Source of the DNA: Thecamonas trahens ATCC 50062
Taxonomy: Eukaryota; Protista; Apusomonadida
Direction: 5' to 3'
DNA length: 64,000 nucleotides
Assembly: GCF_000142905.1 (NCBI RefSeq)
Contig: NW_013657628.1
Span: forward strand, 236,267-300,266
Part shown: positions 42,701 through 56,295 of the stretch, piece by piece
Position numbering within the stretch: the first letter of the stretch is position 1
Layout of the letters: each line of letters opens with the position of its first letter
The notes under the pieces: model-generated
Told to the model about the DNA's origin: nothing
Database searches by the model: none
What the model saw: the letters and a program-made list of their open reading frames with translations, nothing else
Position numbers and translations under genes: made by a program

Positions 42701-45700
42701 GACAGGGTCGCTCCAACAGACGTACCACCTCCACAAGCCCCAGCAGAGGCCAGGCAGACCGAGAGCGTGGGAACAGGTCCCGAGTCAGCAATGCTCACAA
42801 TCGTAACGGTGTCACTGCCCAGGCTAGCCGGTCCCGACACACCATCAAGAACAACATCGAACAACTCATTGTCGTCATACCAGGCGTCGCCAAGTACAAC
42901 AACATCGAAATCCACAGAGGTAGCGCCAGCAGGTATAGCCACGGATGTCATCAGCGACTCAAAATCCACATCAGCAGAAGCATAACCGCCCGATCTCAAT
43001 CGTGTCGCAACCTGGACAACTACGTCCGTAGACGCTGCAGAGTCCATGACCACTGTGATGGTAACATTCCGACGCCCACCCAACGATGTAGGCTCGGTCG
43101 TAGAAAGCGAGCTCAACGCCATAGTCACCAAAGGAAGCGACGGCGACGACGGCGGCGGTGAGAAGTCATCGTTGACAATGCTCACACTCGCGTTGCTCGT
43201 GCTTGTCACACCGCTCACGCCGTACGTCGCCACGAGACCAAAGTCAAACACCTCGGTCCCCTCGACAACGGTCTCGCCGTAGATCACAGCAGACACATTG
43301 TATGTCGACACCAGTCCACCAATCGTGAACGGCCCGCGGTTGCGGCCCTCGGTAGAGAGCACATCCACGTCCGTCCCGTTCGTCGCCGTCGACGTCGGGT
43401 ACACAACCACGTCGACCACCGTCGGATGCTCCGCAGGCCGCGACAGCGCGAGCTCGAGCACGACATCCTTCGACGTCGCATCGCCCTCGCTCACATCTGC
43501 AGTCACGCTCTGCGAGCCAGACCCGGTACTGGCATCGGCCCCGGACACCACCCGCGTCGTCAGCGTCGGTGCCGGGCCAGAGTCGCCGATCGTCACCACA
43601 GTCGTCAGCGTCCCGCCAAGGGTGGCCGGGCCGCTCACGCCAGTCAGCGTCACATCGAACGTCTCGCCGTCGTCGTACCACGCGTCGCCGTACACAACAG
43701 CATCAAACACCGCGCTCGACGATCCGCCAGGAATCGTCACTGTCGTCGTCACAACCTCGAAATCGACGTCGCCCGTCGCCAGCGACCCGACGGCCACGCT
43801 CGTCACAACATCCACCGTCACCGGCGAAGGCGCCGGCGAGCCCATCTCAATCGTGTCGCAACCTGGACAACTACGTCCGTAGACGCTGCAGAGTCCATGA
43901 CCACTGTGATGGTAACATTCCGACGCCCACCCAACGATGTAGGCTCGGTCGTAGAAAGCGCGCTCACCGCCATAGTCACCAAAGGAAGCGACGGCGACGG
44001 CGGCGGCGGTGAGAAGTCATCGTTGACAATGCTCACACTCGCGTTGCTTGTGCTTGTCACACCGCTCACGCCGTACGTCGCCACGAGACCAAAGTCAAAC
44101 ACCTCGGTCCCCTCGACAACGGTCTCGCCGTAGATCACAGCAGACACATTGTATGTCGACACCAGTCCACCAATCGTGAACGGCCCGCGGTTGCGGCCCT
44201 CGGTAGAGAGCACATCCACGTCCGTCCCGTTCGTCGCCGTCGACGTCGGGTACACAACCACGTCGACCACCGTCGGATGCTCCGCAGGCCGCGACAGCGC
44301 GAGCTCGAGCACGACATCCTTCGACGTCGCATCGCCCTCGCTCACATCTGCAGTCACGCTCTGCGAGCCAGACCCGGTGCTGGCATCGGCCCCGGACACC
44401 ACCCGCGTCGTCAGCGTCGGTGCCGGGCCAGAGTCGCCGATCGTCACCACAGTCGTCAGCGTCCCGCCAAGGGTGGCCGGGCCGCTCACGCCAGTCAGCG
44501 TCACATCGAACGTCTCGCCGTCGTCGTACCACGCGTCGCCGTACACAACAGCATCAAACACCGCGCTCGACGATCCGCCAGGAATCGTCACTGTCGTCGT
44601 CACAACCTCGAAATCGACGTCGCCCGTCGCCAGCGACCCGACGGCCACGCTCGTCACAACATCCACCGTCACCGGCGAAGGCGCCGGCGAGCCCATCACA
44701 ATCGTGATCGACACGTTGCGCGATCCGCTCTCGTCCGTCGGCTCCGTCGTGCTCACTGCAGCCACAGCCATGCCCACCTGCCCGAACGGCGGAGGCGGGC
44801 TCGGCGGAGGCGGCGGAGGCGGCGAGGGAGGAGGCGGCGGCGGCGGCGGCGACGGCGGAGGCGGTGAGAAGTCATCGTTGACAATGCTCACACTCGCGTT
44901 GCTTGTGCTTGTCACACCGCTCACGCCGTACGTCGCCACGAGACCAAAGTCAAACACCTCGGTCCCCTCGACAACGGTCTCGCCGTAGATCACAGCAGAC
45001 ACATTGTATGTCGACACCAGTCCACCAATCGTGAACGGCCCGCGGTTGCGGCCCTCGGTAGAGAGCACATCCACGTCCGTCCCGTTCGTCGCCGTCGACG
45101 TCGGGTACACAACCACGTCGACCACCGTCGGATGCTCCGCAGGCCGCGACAGCGCGAGCTCGAGCACGACATCCTTCGACGTCGCATCGCCCTCGCTCAC
45201 ATCTGCAGTCACGCTCTGCGAGCCAGACCCGGTGCTGGCATCGGCCCCGGACACCACCCGCGTCGTCAGCGTCGGTGCCGGGCCAGAGTCGCCGATCGTC
45301 ACCACAGTCGTCAGCGTCCCGCCAAGGGTGGCCGGGCCGCTCACGCCAGTCAGTGTCACATCGAACGTCTCGCCGTCGTCGTACCACGCGTCGCCGTACA
45401 CAACAGCATCAAACACCGCGCTCGACGATCCGCCAGGAATCGTCACTGTCGTCGTCACAACCTCGAAATCGACGTCGCCCGTCGCCAGCGACCCGACGGC
45501 CACGCTCGTCACAACATCCACCGTCACCGGCGAAGGCGCCGGCGAGCCCATCACAATCGTGATCGACACGTTGCGCGATCCGCTCTCGTCCGTCGGCTCC
45601 GTCGTGCTCACTGCAGCCACAGCCATGCCCACCTGCCCGAACGGCGGAGGCGGGCTCGGCGGAGGCGGCGGAGGCGGCGAGGGAGGAGGAGGCGGCGGCG

Positions 45701-48700
45701 GCGGCGACGGCGGAGGCGGTGAGAAGTCATCGTTGACAATGCTCACACTCGCGTTGCTTGTGCTTGTCACACCGCTCACGCCGTACGTCGCCACGAGACC
45801 AAAGTCAAACACCTCGGTCCCCTCGACAACGGTCTCGCCGTAGATCACAGCAGACACATTGTATGTCGACACCAGTCCACCAATCGTGAACGGCCCGCGG
45901 TTGCGGCCCTCGGTAGAGAGCACATCCACGTCCGTCCCGTTCGTCGCCGTCGACGTCGGGTACACAACCACGTCGACCACCGTCGGATGCTCCGCAGGCC
46001 GCGACAGCGCGAGCTCGAGCACGACATCCTTCGACGTCGCATCGCCCTCGCTCACATCTGCAGTCACGCTCTGCGAGCCAGACCCGGTGCTGGCATCGGC
46101 CCCGGACACCACCCGCGTCGTCAGCGTCGGTGCCGGGCCAGAGTCGCCGATCGTCACCACAGTCGTCAGCGTCCCGCCAAGGGTGGCCGGGCCGCTCACG
46201 CCAGTCAGCGTCACATCGAACGTCTCGCCGTCGTCGTACCACGCGTCGCCGTACACAACAGCATCAAACACCGCGCTCGACGATCCGCCAGGAATCGTCA
46301 CTGTCGTCGTCACAACCTCGAAATCGACGTCGCCCGTCGCCAGCGACCCGACGGCCACGCTCGTCACAACATCCACCGTCACCGGCGAAGGCGCCGGCGA
46401 GCCCATCACAATCGTGATCGACACGTTGCGCGATCCGCTCTCGTCCGTCGGCTCCGTCGTGCTCACTGCAGCCACAGCCATGCCCACCTGCCCGAACGGC
46501 GGAGGCGGGCTCGGCGGAGGCGGCGGAGGCGGCGAGGGAGGAGGCGGCGGCGGCGGCGGCGACGGCGGAGGCGGTGAGAAGTCATCGTTGACAATGCTCA
46601 CACTCGCGTTGCTTGTGCTTGTCACACCGCTCACGCCGTACGTCGCCACGAGACCAAAGTCAAACACCTCGGTCCCCTCGACAACGGTCTCGCCGTAGAT
46701 CACAGCAGACACATTGTATGTCGACACCAGTCCACCAATCGTGAACGGCCCGCGGTTGCGGCCCTCGGTAGACAGCACATCCACGTCCGTCCCGTTCGTC
46801 GCCGTCGACGTCGGGTACACAACCACGTCGACCACCGTCGGATGCTCCGCAGGCCGCGACAGCGCGAGCTCGAGCACGACATCCTTCGACGTCGCATCGC
46901 CCTCGCTCACATCTGCAGTCACGCTCTGCGAGCCAGACCCGGTGCTGGCATCGGCCCCGGACACCACCCGCGTCGTCAGCGTCGGTGCCGGGCCAGAGTC
47001 GCCGATCGTCACCACAGTCGTCAGCGTCCCGCCAAGGGTGGCCGGGCCGCTCACGCCAGTCAGCGTCACATCGAACGTCTCGCCGTCGTCGTACCACGCG
47101 TCGCCGTACACAACAGCATCAAACACCGCGCTCGACGATCCGCCAGGAATCGTCACTGTCGTCGTCACAACCTCGAAATCGACGTCGCCCGTCGCCAGCG
47201 ACCCGACGGCCACGCTCGTCACAACATCCACCGTCACCGGCGAAGGCGCCGGCGAGCCCATCACAATCGTGATCGACACGTTGCGCGATCCGCTCTCGTC
47301 CGTCGGCTCCGTCGTGCTCACTGCAGCCACAGCCATGCCCACCTGCCCGAACGGCGGAGGCGGGCTCGGCGGAGGCGGCGGAGGCGGCGAGGGAGGAGGA
47401 GGCGGCGGCGGCGGCGACGGCGGAGGCGGTGAGAAGTCATCGTTGACAATGCTCACACTCGCGTTGCTTGTGCTTGTCACACCGCTCACGCCGTACGTCG
47501 CCACGAGACCAAAGTCAAACACCTCGGTCCCCTCGACAACGGTCTCGCCGTAGATCACAGCAGACACATTGTATGTCGACACCAGTCCACCAATCGTGAA
47601 CGGCCCGCGGTTGCGGCCCTCGGTAGAGAGCACATCCACGTCCGTCCCGTTCGTCGCCGTCGACGTCGGGTACACAACCACGTCGACCACCGTCGGATGC
47701 TCCGCAGGCCGCGACAGCGCGAGCTCGAGCACGACATCCTTCGACGTCGCATCGCCCTCGCTCACATCTGCAGTCACGCTCTGCGAGCCAGACCCGGTGC
47801 TGGCATCGGCCCCGGACACCACCCGCGTCGTCAGCGTCGGTGCCGGGCCAGAGTCGCCGATCGTCACCACAGTCGTCAGCGTCCCGCCAAGGGTGGCCGG
47901 GCCGCTCACGCCAGTCAGCGTCACATCGAACGTCTCGCCGTCGTCGTACCACGCGTCGCCGTACACAACAGCATCAAACACCGCGCTCGACGATCCGCCA
48001 GGAATCGTCACTGTCGTCGTCACAACCTCGAAATCGACGTCGCCCGTCGCCAGCGACCCGACGGCCACGCTCGTCACAACATCCACCGTCACCGGCGAAG
48101 GCGCCGGCGAGCCCATCACAATCGTGATCGACACGTTGCGCGATCCGCTCTCGTCCGTCGGCTCCGTCGTGCTCACTGCAGCCACAGCCATGCCCACCTG
48201 CCCGAACGGCGGAGGCGGGCTCGGCGGAGGCGGCGGAGGCGGCGAGGGAGGAGGCGGCGGCGGCGGCGGCGACGGCGGCGGCGGTGAGAAGTCATCGTTG
48301 ACAATGCTCACACTCGCGTTGCTTGTGCTTGTCACACCGCTCACGCCGTACGTCGCCACGAGACCAAAGTCAAACACCTCGGTCCCCTCGACAACGGTCT
48401 CGCCGTAGATCACAGCAGACACATTGTATGTCGACACCAGTCCACCAATCGTGAACGGCCCGCGGTTGCGGCCCTCGGTAGAGAGCACATCCACGTCCGT
48501 CCCGTTCGTCGCCGTCGACGTCGGGTACACAACCACGTCGACCACCGTCGGATGCTCCGCAGGCCGCGACAGCGCGAGCTCGAGCACGACATCCTTCGAC
48601 GTCGCATCGCCCTCGCTCACATCTGCAGTCACGCTCTGCGAGCCAGACCCGGTGCTGGCATCGGCCCCGGACACCACCCGCGTCGTCAGCGTCGGTGCCG

Positions 48701-51700
48701 GGCCAGAGTCGCCGATCGTCACCACAGTCGTCAGCGTCCCGCCAAGGGTGGCCGGGCCGCTCACGCCAGTCAGTGTCACATCGAACGTCTCGCCGTCGTC
48801 GTACCACGCGTCGCCGTACACAACAGCATCAAACACCGCGCTCGACGATCCGCCAGGAATCGTCACTGTCGTCGTCACAACCTCGAAATCGACGTCGCCC
48901 GTCGCCAGCGACCCGACGGCCACGCTCGTCACAACATCCACCGTCACCGGCGAAGGCGCCGGCGAGCCCATCACAATCGTGATCGACACGTTGCGCGATC
49001 CGCTCTCGTCCGTCGGCTCCGTCGTGCTCACTGCAGCCACAGCCATGCCCACCTGCCCGAACGGCGGAGGCGGGCTCGGCGGAGGCGGCGGAGGCGGCGA
49101 GGGAGGAGGCGGCGGCGGCGGCGGCGACGGCGGCGGCGGTGAGAAGTCATCGTTGACAATGCTCACACTCGCGTTGCTTGTGCTTGTCACACCGCTCACG
49201 CCGTACGTCGCCACGAGACCAAAGTCAAACACCTCGGTCCCCTCGACAACGGTCTCGCCGTAGATCACAGCAGACACATTGTATGTCGACACCAGTCCAC
49301 CAATCGTGAACGGCCCGCGGTTGCGGCCCTCGGTAGAGAGCACATCCACGTCCGTCCCGTTCGTCGCCGTCGACGTCGGGTACACAACCACGTCGACCAC
49401 CGTCGGATGCTCCGCAGGCCGCGACAGCGCGAGCTCGAGCACGACATCCTTCGACGTCGCATCGCCCTCGCTCACATCTGCAGTCACGCTCTGCGAGCCA
49501 GACCCGGTGCTGGCATCGGCCCCGGACACCACCCGCGTCGTCAGCGTCGGTGCCGGGCCAGAGTCGCCGATCGTCACCACAGTCGTCAGCGTCCCGCCAA
49601 GGGTGGCCGGGCCGCTCACGCCAGTCAGTGTCACATCGAACGTCTCGCCGTCGTCGTACCACGCGTCGCCGTACACAACAGCATCAAACACCGCGCTCGA
49701 CGATCCGCCAGGAATCGTCACTGTCGTCGTCACAACCTCGAAATCGACGTCGCCCGTCGCCAGCGACCCGACGGCCACGCTCGTCACAACATCCACCGTC
49801 ACCGGCGAAGGCGCCGGCGAGCCCATCACAATCGTGATCGACACGTTGCGCGATCCGCTCTCGTCCGTCGGCTCCGTCGTGCTCACTGCAGCCACAGCCA
49901 TGCCCACCTGCCCGAACGGCGGGGGCGGGCTCGGCGGAGGCGGCGGAGGCGGCGAGGGAGGAGGAGGAGGCGGCGGCGGCGACGGCGGCGGCGGTGAGAA
50001 GTCATCGTTGACAATGCTCACACTCGCGTTGCTTGTGCTTGTCACACCGCTCACGCCGTACGTCGCCACGAGACCAAAGTCAAACACCTCGGTCCCCTCG
50101 ACAACGGTCTCGCCGTAGATCACAGCAGACACATTGTATGTCGACACCAGTCCACCAATCGTGAACGGCCCGCGGTTGCGGCCCTCGGTAGAGAGCACAT
50201 CCACGTCCGTCCCGTTCGTCGCCGTCGACGTCGGGTACACAACCACGTCGACCACCGTCGGATGCTCCGCAGGCCGCGACAGCGCGAGCTCGAGCACGAC
50301 ATCCTTCGACGTCGCATCGCCCTCGCTCACATCTGCAGTCACGCTCTGCGAGCCAGACCCGGTGCTGGCATCGGCCCCGGACACCACCCGCGTCGTCAGC
50401 GTCGGTGCCGGGCCAGAGTCGCCGATCGTCACCACAGTCGTCAGCGTCCCGCCAAGGGTGGCCGGGCCGCTCACGCCAGTCAGTGTCACATCGAACGTCT
50501 CGCCGTCGTCGTACCACGCGTCGCCGTACACAACAGCATCAAACACCGCGCTCGACGATCCGCCAGGAATCGTCACTGTCGTCGTCACAACCTCGAAATC
50601 GACGTCGCCCGTCGCCAGCGACCCGACGGCCACGCTCGTCACAACATCCACCGTCACCGGTGAAGGCGCCGGCGAGCCCATCACAATCGTGATCGACACG
50701 TTGCGCGATCCGCTCTCGTCCGTCGGCTCCGTCGTGCTCACTGCAGCCACAGCCATGCCCACCTGCCCGAACGGCGGAGGCGGGCTCGGCGGAGGCGGCG
50801 GAGGCGGCGAGGGAGGAGGCGGCGGCGGCGGCGGCGACGGCGGCGGCGGTGAGAAGTCATCGTTGACAATGCTCACACTCGCGTTGCTTGTGCTTGTCAC
50901 ACCGCTCACGCCGTACGTCGCCACGAGACCAAAGTCAAACACCTCGGTCCCCTCGACAACGGTCTCGCCGTAGATCACAGCAGACACATTGTATGTCGAC
51001 ACCAGTCCACCAATCGTGAACGGCCCGCGGTTGCGGCCCTCGGTAGAGAGCACATCCACGTCCGTCCCGTTCGTCGCCGTCGACGTCGGGTACACAACCA
51101 CGTCGACCACCGTCGGATGCTCCGCAGGCCGCGACAGCGCGAGCTCGAGCACGACATCCTTCGACGTCGCATCGCCCTCGCTCACATCTGCAGTCACGCT
51201 CTGCGAGCCAGACCCGGTGCTGGCATCGGCCCCGGACACCACCCGCGTCGTCAGCGTCGGTGCCGGGCCAGAGTCGCCGATCGTCACCACAGTCGTCAGC
51301 GTCCCGCCAAGGGTGGCCGGGCCGCTCACGCCAGTCAGCGTCACATCGAACGTCTCGCCGTCGTCGTACCACGCGTCGCCGTACACAACAGCATCAAACA
51401 CCGCGCTCGACGATCCGCCAGGAATCGTCACTGTCGTCGTCACAACCTCGAAATCGACGTCGCCCGTCGCCAGCGACCCGACGGCCACGCTCGTCACAAC
51501 ATCCACCGTCACCGGCGAAGGCGCCGGCGAGCCCATCACAATCGTGATCGACACGTTGCGCGATCCGCTCTCGTCCGTCGGCTCCGTCGTGCTCACTGCA
51601 GCCACAGCCATGCCCACCTGCCCGAACGGCGGAGGCGGGCTCGGCGGAGGCGGCGGAGGCGGCGAGGGAGGAGGCGNNNNNNNNNNNNNNNNNNNNNNNN

Positions 51701-54700
51701 NNNNNNNNNNNNNNNNNNNNNNNNNNNNNNNNNNNNNNNNNNNNNNNNNNNNNNNNNNNNNNNNNNNNNNNNNNNNCGGAGGCGGACTCGGCGGTGGAGG
51801 CGGACTCGGCGGCGGAGGTGGCCTCGGCGGCGGAGGTGGACTCGGCGGCGGAGGCGGACTGGCGGCGGAGGCGGCGGAGGTGGACTCGGCGGCGGAGGCG
51901 GACTCGGCGGCGGAGGTGGACTCGGCGGCGGAGGCGGACTCGGCGGCGGAGGCGGACTCGGCGGTGGAGGTGGACTCGGCGGCGGAGGTGGACTCGGCGG
52001 CGGAGGCGGACTCGGCGGCGGAGGCGGACTCGGCGGCGGAGGCGGCGGAGGTGGGCTCGGCGGCGGAGGCGGATCTCGGTGGCGGAGGCGGACGCGGTGG
52101 CGGAGGCGGACTCGGCGGCGGAGGCGGACTCGGCGGGGGCGGACTGGGCGGAGGTGGTGGGCTCGGTGGTGGAGGTGGCGATGGCGGCGGAGGCGGGCTC
52201 GGTGGTGGTGGACTCGGTGCAGCTGTGGTGTCGGTGATGCTGACTGTCGTAGATGACGTCGTCACGGCGACACCAGTCGGTGTGTCGACGATTTGGATGT
52301 CAAAAGTCTCCGCGGGAGCACTTTCCATCCAGTACTCGTAGACGTTGTCCTGGTAGATGCGGACAATGACAGGGACCGTCTCTACCCCAGCGGGAAAGTT
52401 GACTACGGGTGACAGGAGGTCAAAGTCTACACCAGCAAAAGCAGTCCCGTTGAGCGCCGCGAGCGTGACCTGGATGTCGATCTCGGCGTCAAAGGCAAGG
52501 GTAAGGCCAATCTCAATGTCAACAAAGCCGGCACCGGGCTCGGACGCAGCTGCAGTAGAGACGTTGAGGCCAACACTCGGGATCTCCTTCGGCACGGCAA
52601 CGTCGATCCAGATGCAGCACTTCTCGTTGTTGGCAAAGAGCTGGACGCTGGTGTCACAGATGCCAGAAACAGACGATGTGGAAGAGCACGGCCCAGTGCC
52701 CGAACAGGACGGTGCCCACCACTCGTAGTTGTACGAGAGATCGTACGCACCGCATTGCGTCACATATGAATCTGTAGAGAGGCCAAACTGATCGAAGAGA
52801 GCCACAGCGTAGTCGTCAGACGAGGAGCGACTCGAGAGGTACGCACCAAACTCAATCGTGTTCGCACCGCTGGGAAGGGCGATGACAAAGCTTGACGTCG
52901 ACGGAGCCGATGTTCCGGAGCTCGTCAGCTCCTCGAGGACCGACACGCCCTCCGAGCCGACAAAGTTTCCAACGTAACCTCCATTGATCTTGAGTAGTGA
53001 CGAGACCCGCTCGCCTACAGCGTCGAGGTTGTTGGCCACCAGGGCGTGCTGGAGAGTCACCGTGTACGACGCGGCCTGAGCGAGTACGAAACTCATGCGG
53101 AAGCCGCCAGAGAGCTGCTGGGCGTTCGTGACCGACGTGTCCGAGGCATCGGCAAGGTAGACCGCGCCAGTGTATGTGTCTGCGCTCCCAAACCCGGTGT
53201 GGTACTCGATGACGAGCAGCGGAGCCGACGTGGGGTTCTCAAACGACGCGATGACGCGCAGGTTGGCGGTGCCGGTGGAGAGGCCAAACACAATCAGCAT
53301 GTCGTTCCCACTCCGCCATCCGGGACGCGACACCAGCTCCTGTACCACCGGCGAGATGTCGGGTGAGACGTAGTCAACGCCCGTGATGAACGCCGGCACG
53401 TCGGTCCACGTCACCACCGCGCCCGTAGGGGCGAGCGAGGTAATGCCGTAGTTGTTTGTCGGCATGGCGCCGGCCGTGTCGGCAGCGAATGCGTAGATCG
53501 GAATGTTGACACCAGTCCCCGTATCTTGCCCGTTATCATTGTCGCCCTCCATGGCAATGTAGGCGTTTGTGATGGTTGCTCCAGGCGGAACATCCACGCC
53601 GTCGAAGATAAGGCCTGTCGTCCATGTGCTCATGCCCAGCACACGAAAGTTGGGAACAACCAGCCCGTCATTGCTCCGCTCAAAGGCATTGCGAGCGCCA
53701 GACGAGATACGCACCTTGACCGTCCGCGGCTGGCGGACGCGCCCAGCAAAGACCTGGCCCGACGTTGAAGCGGCGCCGATGTCCGAGAAGAGATCGTCCT
53801 GGACGTACTCAAACTCGCGCGGAGCATCCGGCGCAAAGCCAATGGATACCGACGCCGGTTGCGGCGTCAGCGGAATGGTGCTCGTGATGTTTGCGGAGAG
53901 TGCTCCCGAGCACGGGTCGCTGTCGAGGCGGACAGATTCCACGGTGGTCTCGACAATCCGCGATGTGCAGCAGGACGAGGCATCCTCCAGCGCCACAGCC
54001 TTGGTGGCGTTGTGGAAGAGCGTCTCGCCGTAGCTCCCACCAGAGGCAATGACCTCGGTTGTGTCACCGAAGCCAGAGCCGGACCAAGCCACCGAGAAAA
54101 AGTCATCGGCAGGATAGTCTTCGTCGCCCTCCTTGTAGAGGACGCGTATGTAAACGAGGTCGCCGAGTGAGAGCGCCATCGGAGTCGACGCCTGTGAGGC
54201 GGTCTCTGTGTACGCGGTCGGCCCGGCATTGGGAGCCTCGTTGTAGGCAACTCGAGCAAGAGACGCCTCGTTGGCGCCTACCCACAGCTCGATCGCAAAG
54301 TCGGCGGCAACGTAGAAGGTGTACGTGTTGGTAGCGCCCACACGAAGCCAGCCCGAGAGGGAGAAGCCGTAGTCGACCGATGCATGCAGCGTCTGCTTGC
54401 ATGCGCCCATGGCAGGTGCTGCTGAAAGCGTCGTCACCTGCGAGTCGATGCAGCCCGGCTTCCGGTCGATGTACGAGCTCGAAGAGGTTAGTGACGCAAT
54501 CGACTCTCCGTCGACACAGTCAAAGACCTCCATGAGCAAGCCCGGCCACTCAAGCGGTGGCGTCGAGACAACCGGGCAGCTGTCGTCATCGTTGAGAATC
54601 GTGATGACACCACGCGGCTTGGCAATGGTCACTGGTGGTCCTGACATTTGCGAGATGTCAAAGTAGAAGATCTCGTCGTTCTCGAGGTCGGTGTCGCCCG

Positions 54701-56207
54701 TCAGGACAACAGTGACCGAGTAGCAATACGAGCCAGGCGTCATGTTGATCACGCCCGAGTTAGGCACATAATCCAGGCCGCCATTGGCAGTGCCGTCAGT
54801 AGTCGTGTACGATATGGCGATGCCCGAGGAGATCGCCGAGGTGAGCACCAAATCGATGACGACGTCGGTAGAGCCCGAGTCACCTTCAACAATGGTTTTG
54901 TCGAGGACTCGGACCGTTGGCTCGGGACACGCCTCGGTCGCCCCGACGGAAATGCTGATTGGGAGCGAGACGGAGCGCTCCACGAACGAAAACGTGTTGA
55001 TGATGGCCTGGTCACCCTTGGAACCGGCCACAAAGTTGCCCCACGCACGGGCATTGACGTTCGGCACCGCGTTGGTGTCGTACGTCGAGTTCACGCCGCA
55101 GCATCCCGACGTCGTTGCACCAGGCTCGCCGTTGGGCATGTTGATTGCCGGATTGACGTCTTCGTCACTCCAGTACATGACCTGCGGTTTGGCCACACCG
55201 TTGAAGTACGAGTACATGCGCATGCCAGGGTAGACCGTCTCGACATCGACGAGAGGAAAGTGCACCTCGGCCAGAAGGACCCAAACCTCGCAGATGTAGT
55301 TGCCGTCGGCAACCTGGACGCCGGACGCATCCTTGCCGTCCCACGGCACCTCGTTGACGCCGTCAACGGTGTCGCCCGACAAGACCGTGTCCGATCCATC
55401 CACAATGTTGAAAATGCCATCACCGGATGTGTCGCACACAATGCGGTAGCGTCCGCCGCCAGCATCGGTCTCGAAGCGGAAGCGCGGCTCGATCTGGCCC
55501 TCGACCAGAGTCTGGCACTCGGCCGAGTACTCGCCACAGCCGACAGAAACGTAGACAACGCCGTCAAAGATGACCTCCGGAAGCGTGTTGCCCAGCTCTA
55601 CGTGAGTAGGGTACTTGAGGTAGAGCGGGATCTCCGGCGAGATGGTATGACCTTCTGAAGTGAGGGCCGACTTGTAGGAGGGCGTCTTTGAGGGGATGCC
55701 GAGCTTTGTGGCCCCCAGCTCATAGACAAAGCCCGCGAGGCCTTCGAAGCGAGTCTCAACGAGGCGACCACCGAGAACCGTGTCAAAGATGGCCCACATG
55801 GAGACGTCGGTAGCATCGGCCTGAGTGTAGGAGGAGGCAGCAAAGAGCCACTGACGAGACCAAAGACGGCCCGAAATAGAAGCCACAGCACAAGTGTCAT
55901 AAGCGCCTACATCCCAAACTTGCCCAGCTTGTTGGTTCTGGGCAAGAGCGACACGGTAAGAACCAAGCTCTTGTGGAGTGTAGCTCTCACCTGAAGCCAG
56001 ACGAGCCATGAGACGGTCATCAGAAGGACGATGAATATCAGCTGTTCCGACACCGGTCCAAGACACCGTCTCACACGTAGTATCCACGATATCCACATAC
56101 ATGACAGTCTCTGCACGAAGTGCTTGTTCCACCCCAAGAATGTCCGTACCATCACCTTTGACTGTGGTAGCAAGCACAACCATGATGGCAAGAATGATTC
56201 CAGCCAT
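39712..56207 (-). CDS. Giant (>5000 aa) single-pass surface adhesin: signal peptide, FlgD-Ig-like region, PA14, jelly-roll domain, ~25 Calx-beta domains with SP-rich linkers, TM, ~700-aa Ser/Arg-rich cytoplasmic tail
   Basis: ORFs 43818..56477 and 39712..43845 are one gene split by an 851-bp duplication. Signal MAGIILAIMVVLATTVKG; Calx-beta pattern (V.EGD...TA..G.DY...PG...V...GD...E..E.F); PA14-like GWLRVGATNTYTFYVAAD...LYKEG; TM WWWIFILAMIVLLCCCCLCCFALVFF. Confidence 0.85.
43157..51676 (-). repeat. Intragenic tandem array of 855-bp (285-aa) units, each with two Calx-beta domains and a PPPS linker; 9 units plus one chimeric 851-bp unit
   Basis: GGTGAGAAGTCATCG recurs at 44008, 44863, 45718, 46573, 47428, 48283, 49138, 49993 and 50848 (period 855) and at 43157. 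The translations of the units are identical. Confidence 0.97.
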
Positions 56208-56295
56208 GACCTTGACATGGCAATGTCGACCAGTGGGTCGGATCACTTCTGCACTCGCCCACCACATCGTCCCGATTGGGAAGCGGGGGGTACGG

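Noticed and set aside
43244-51547. Many repeated 65-279-aa ORFs on both strands; possible mobile-element array
   Set aside because: They are shadow frames of the 855-bp Calx-beta coding repeat, with no transposase, RT, TIRs or LTRs.
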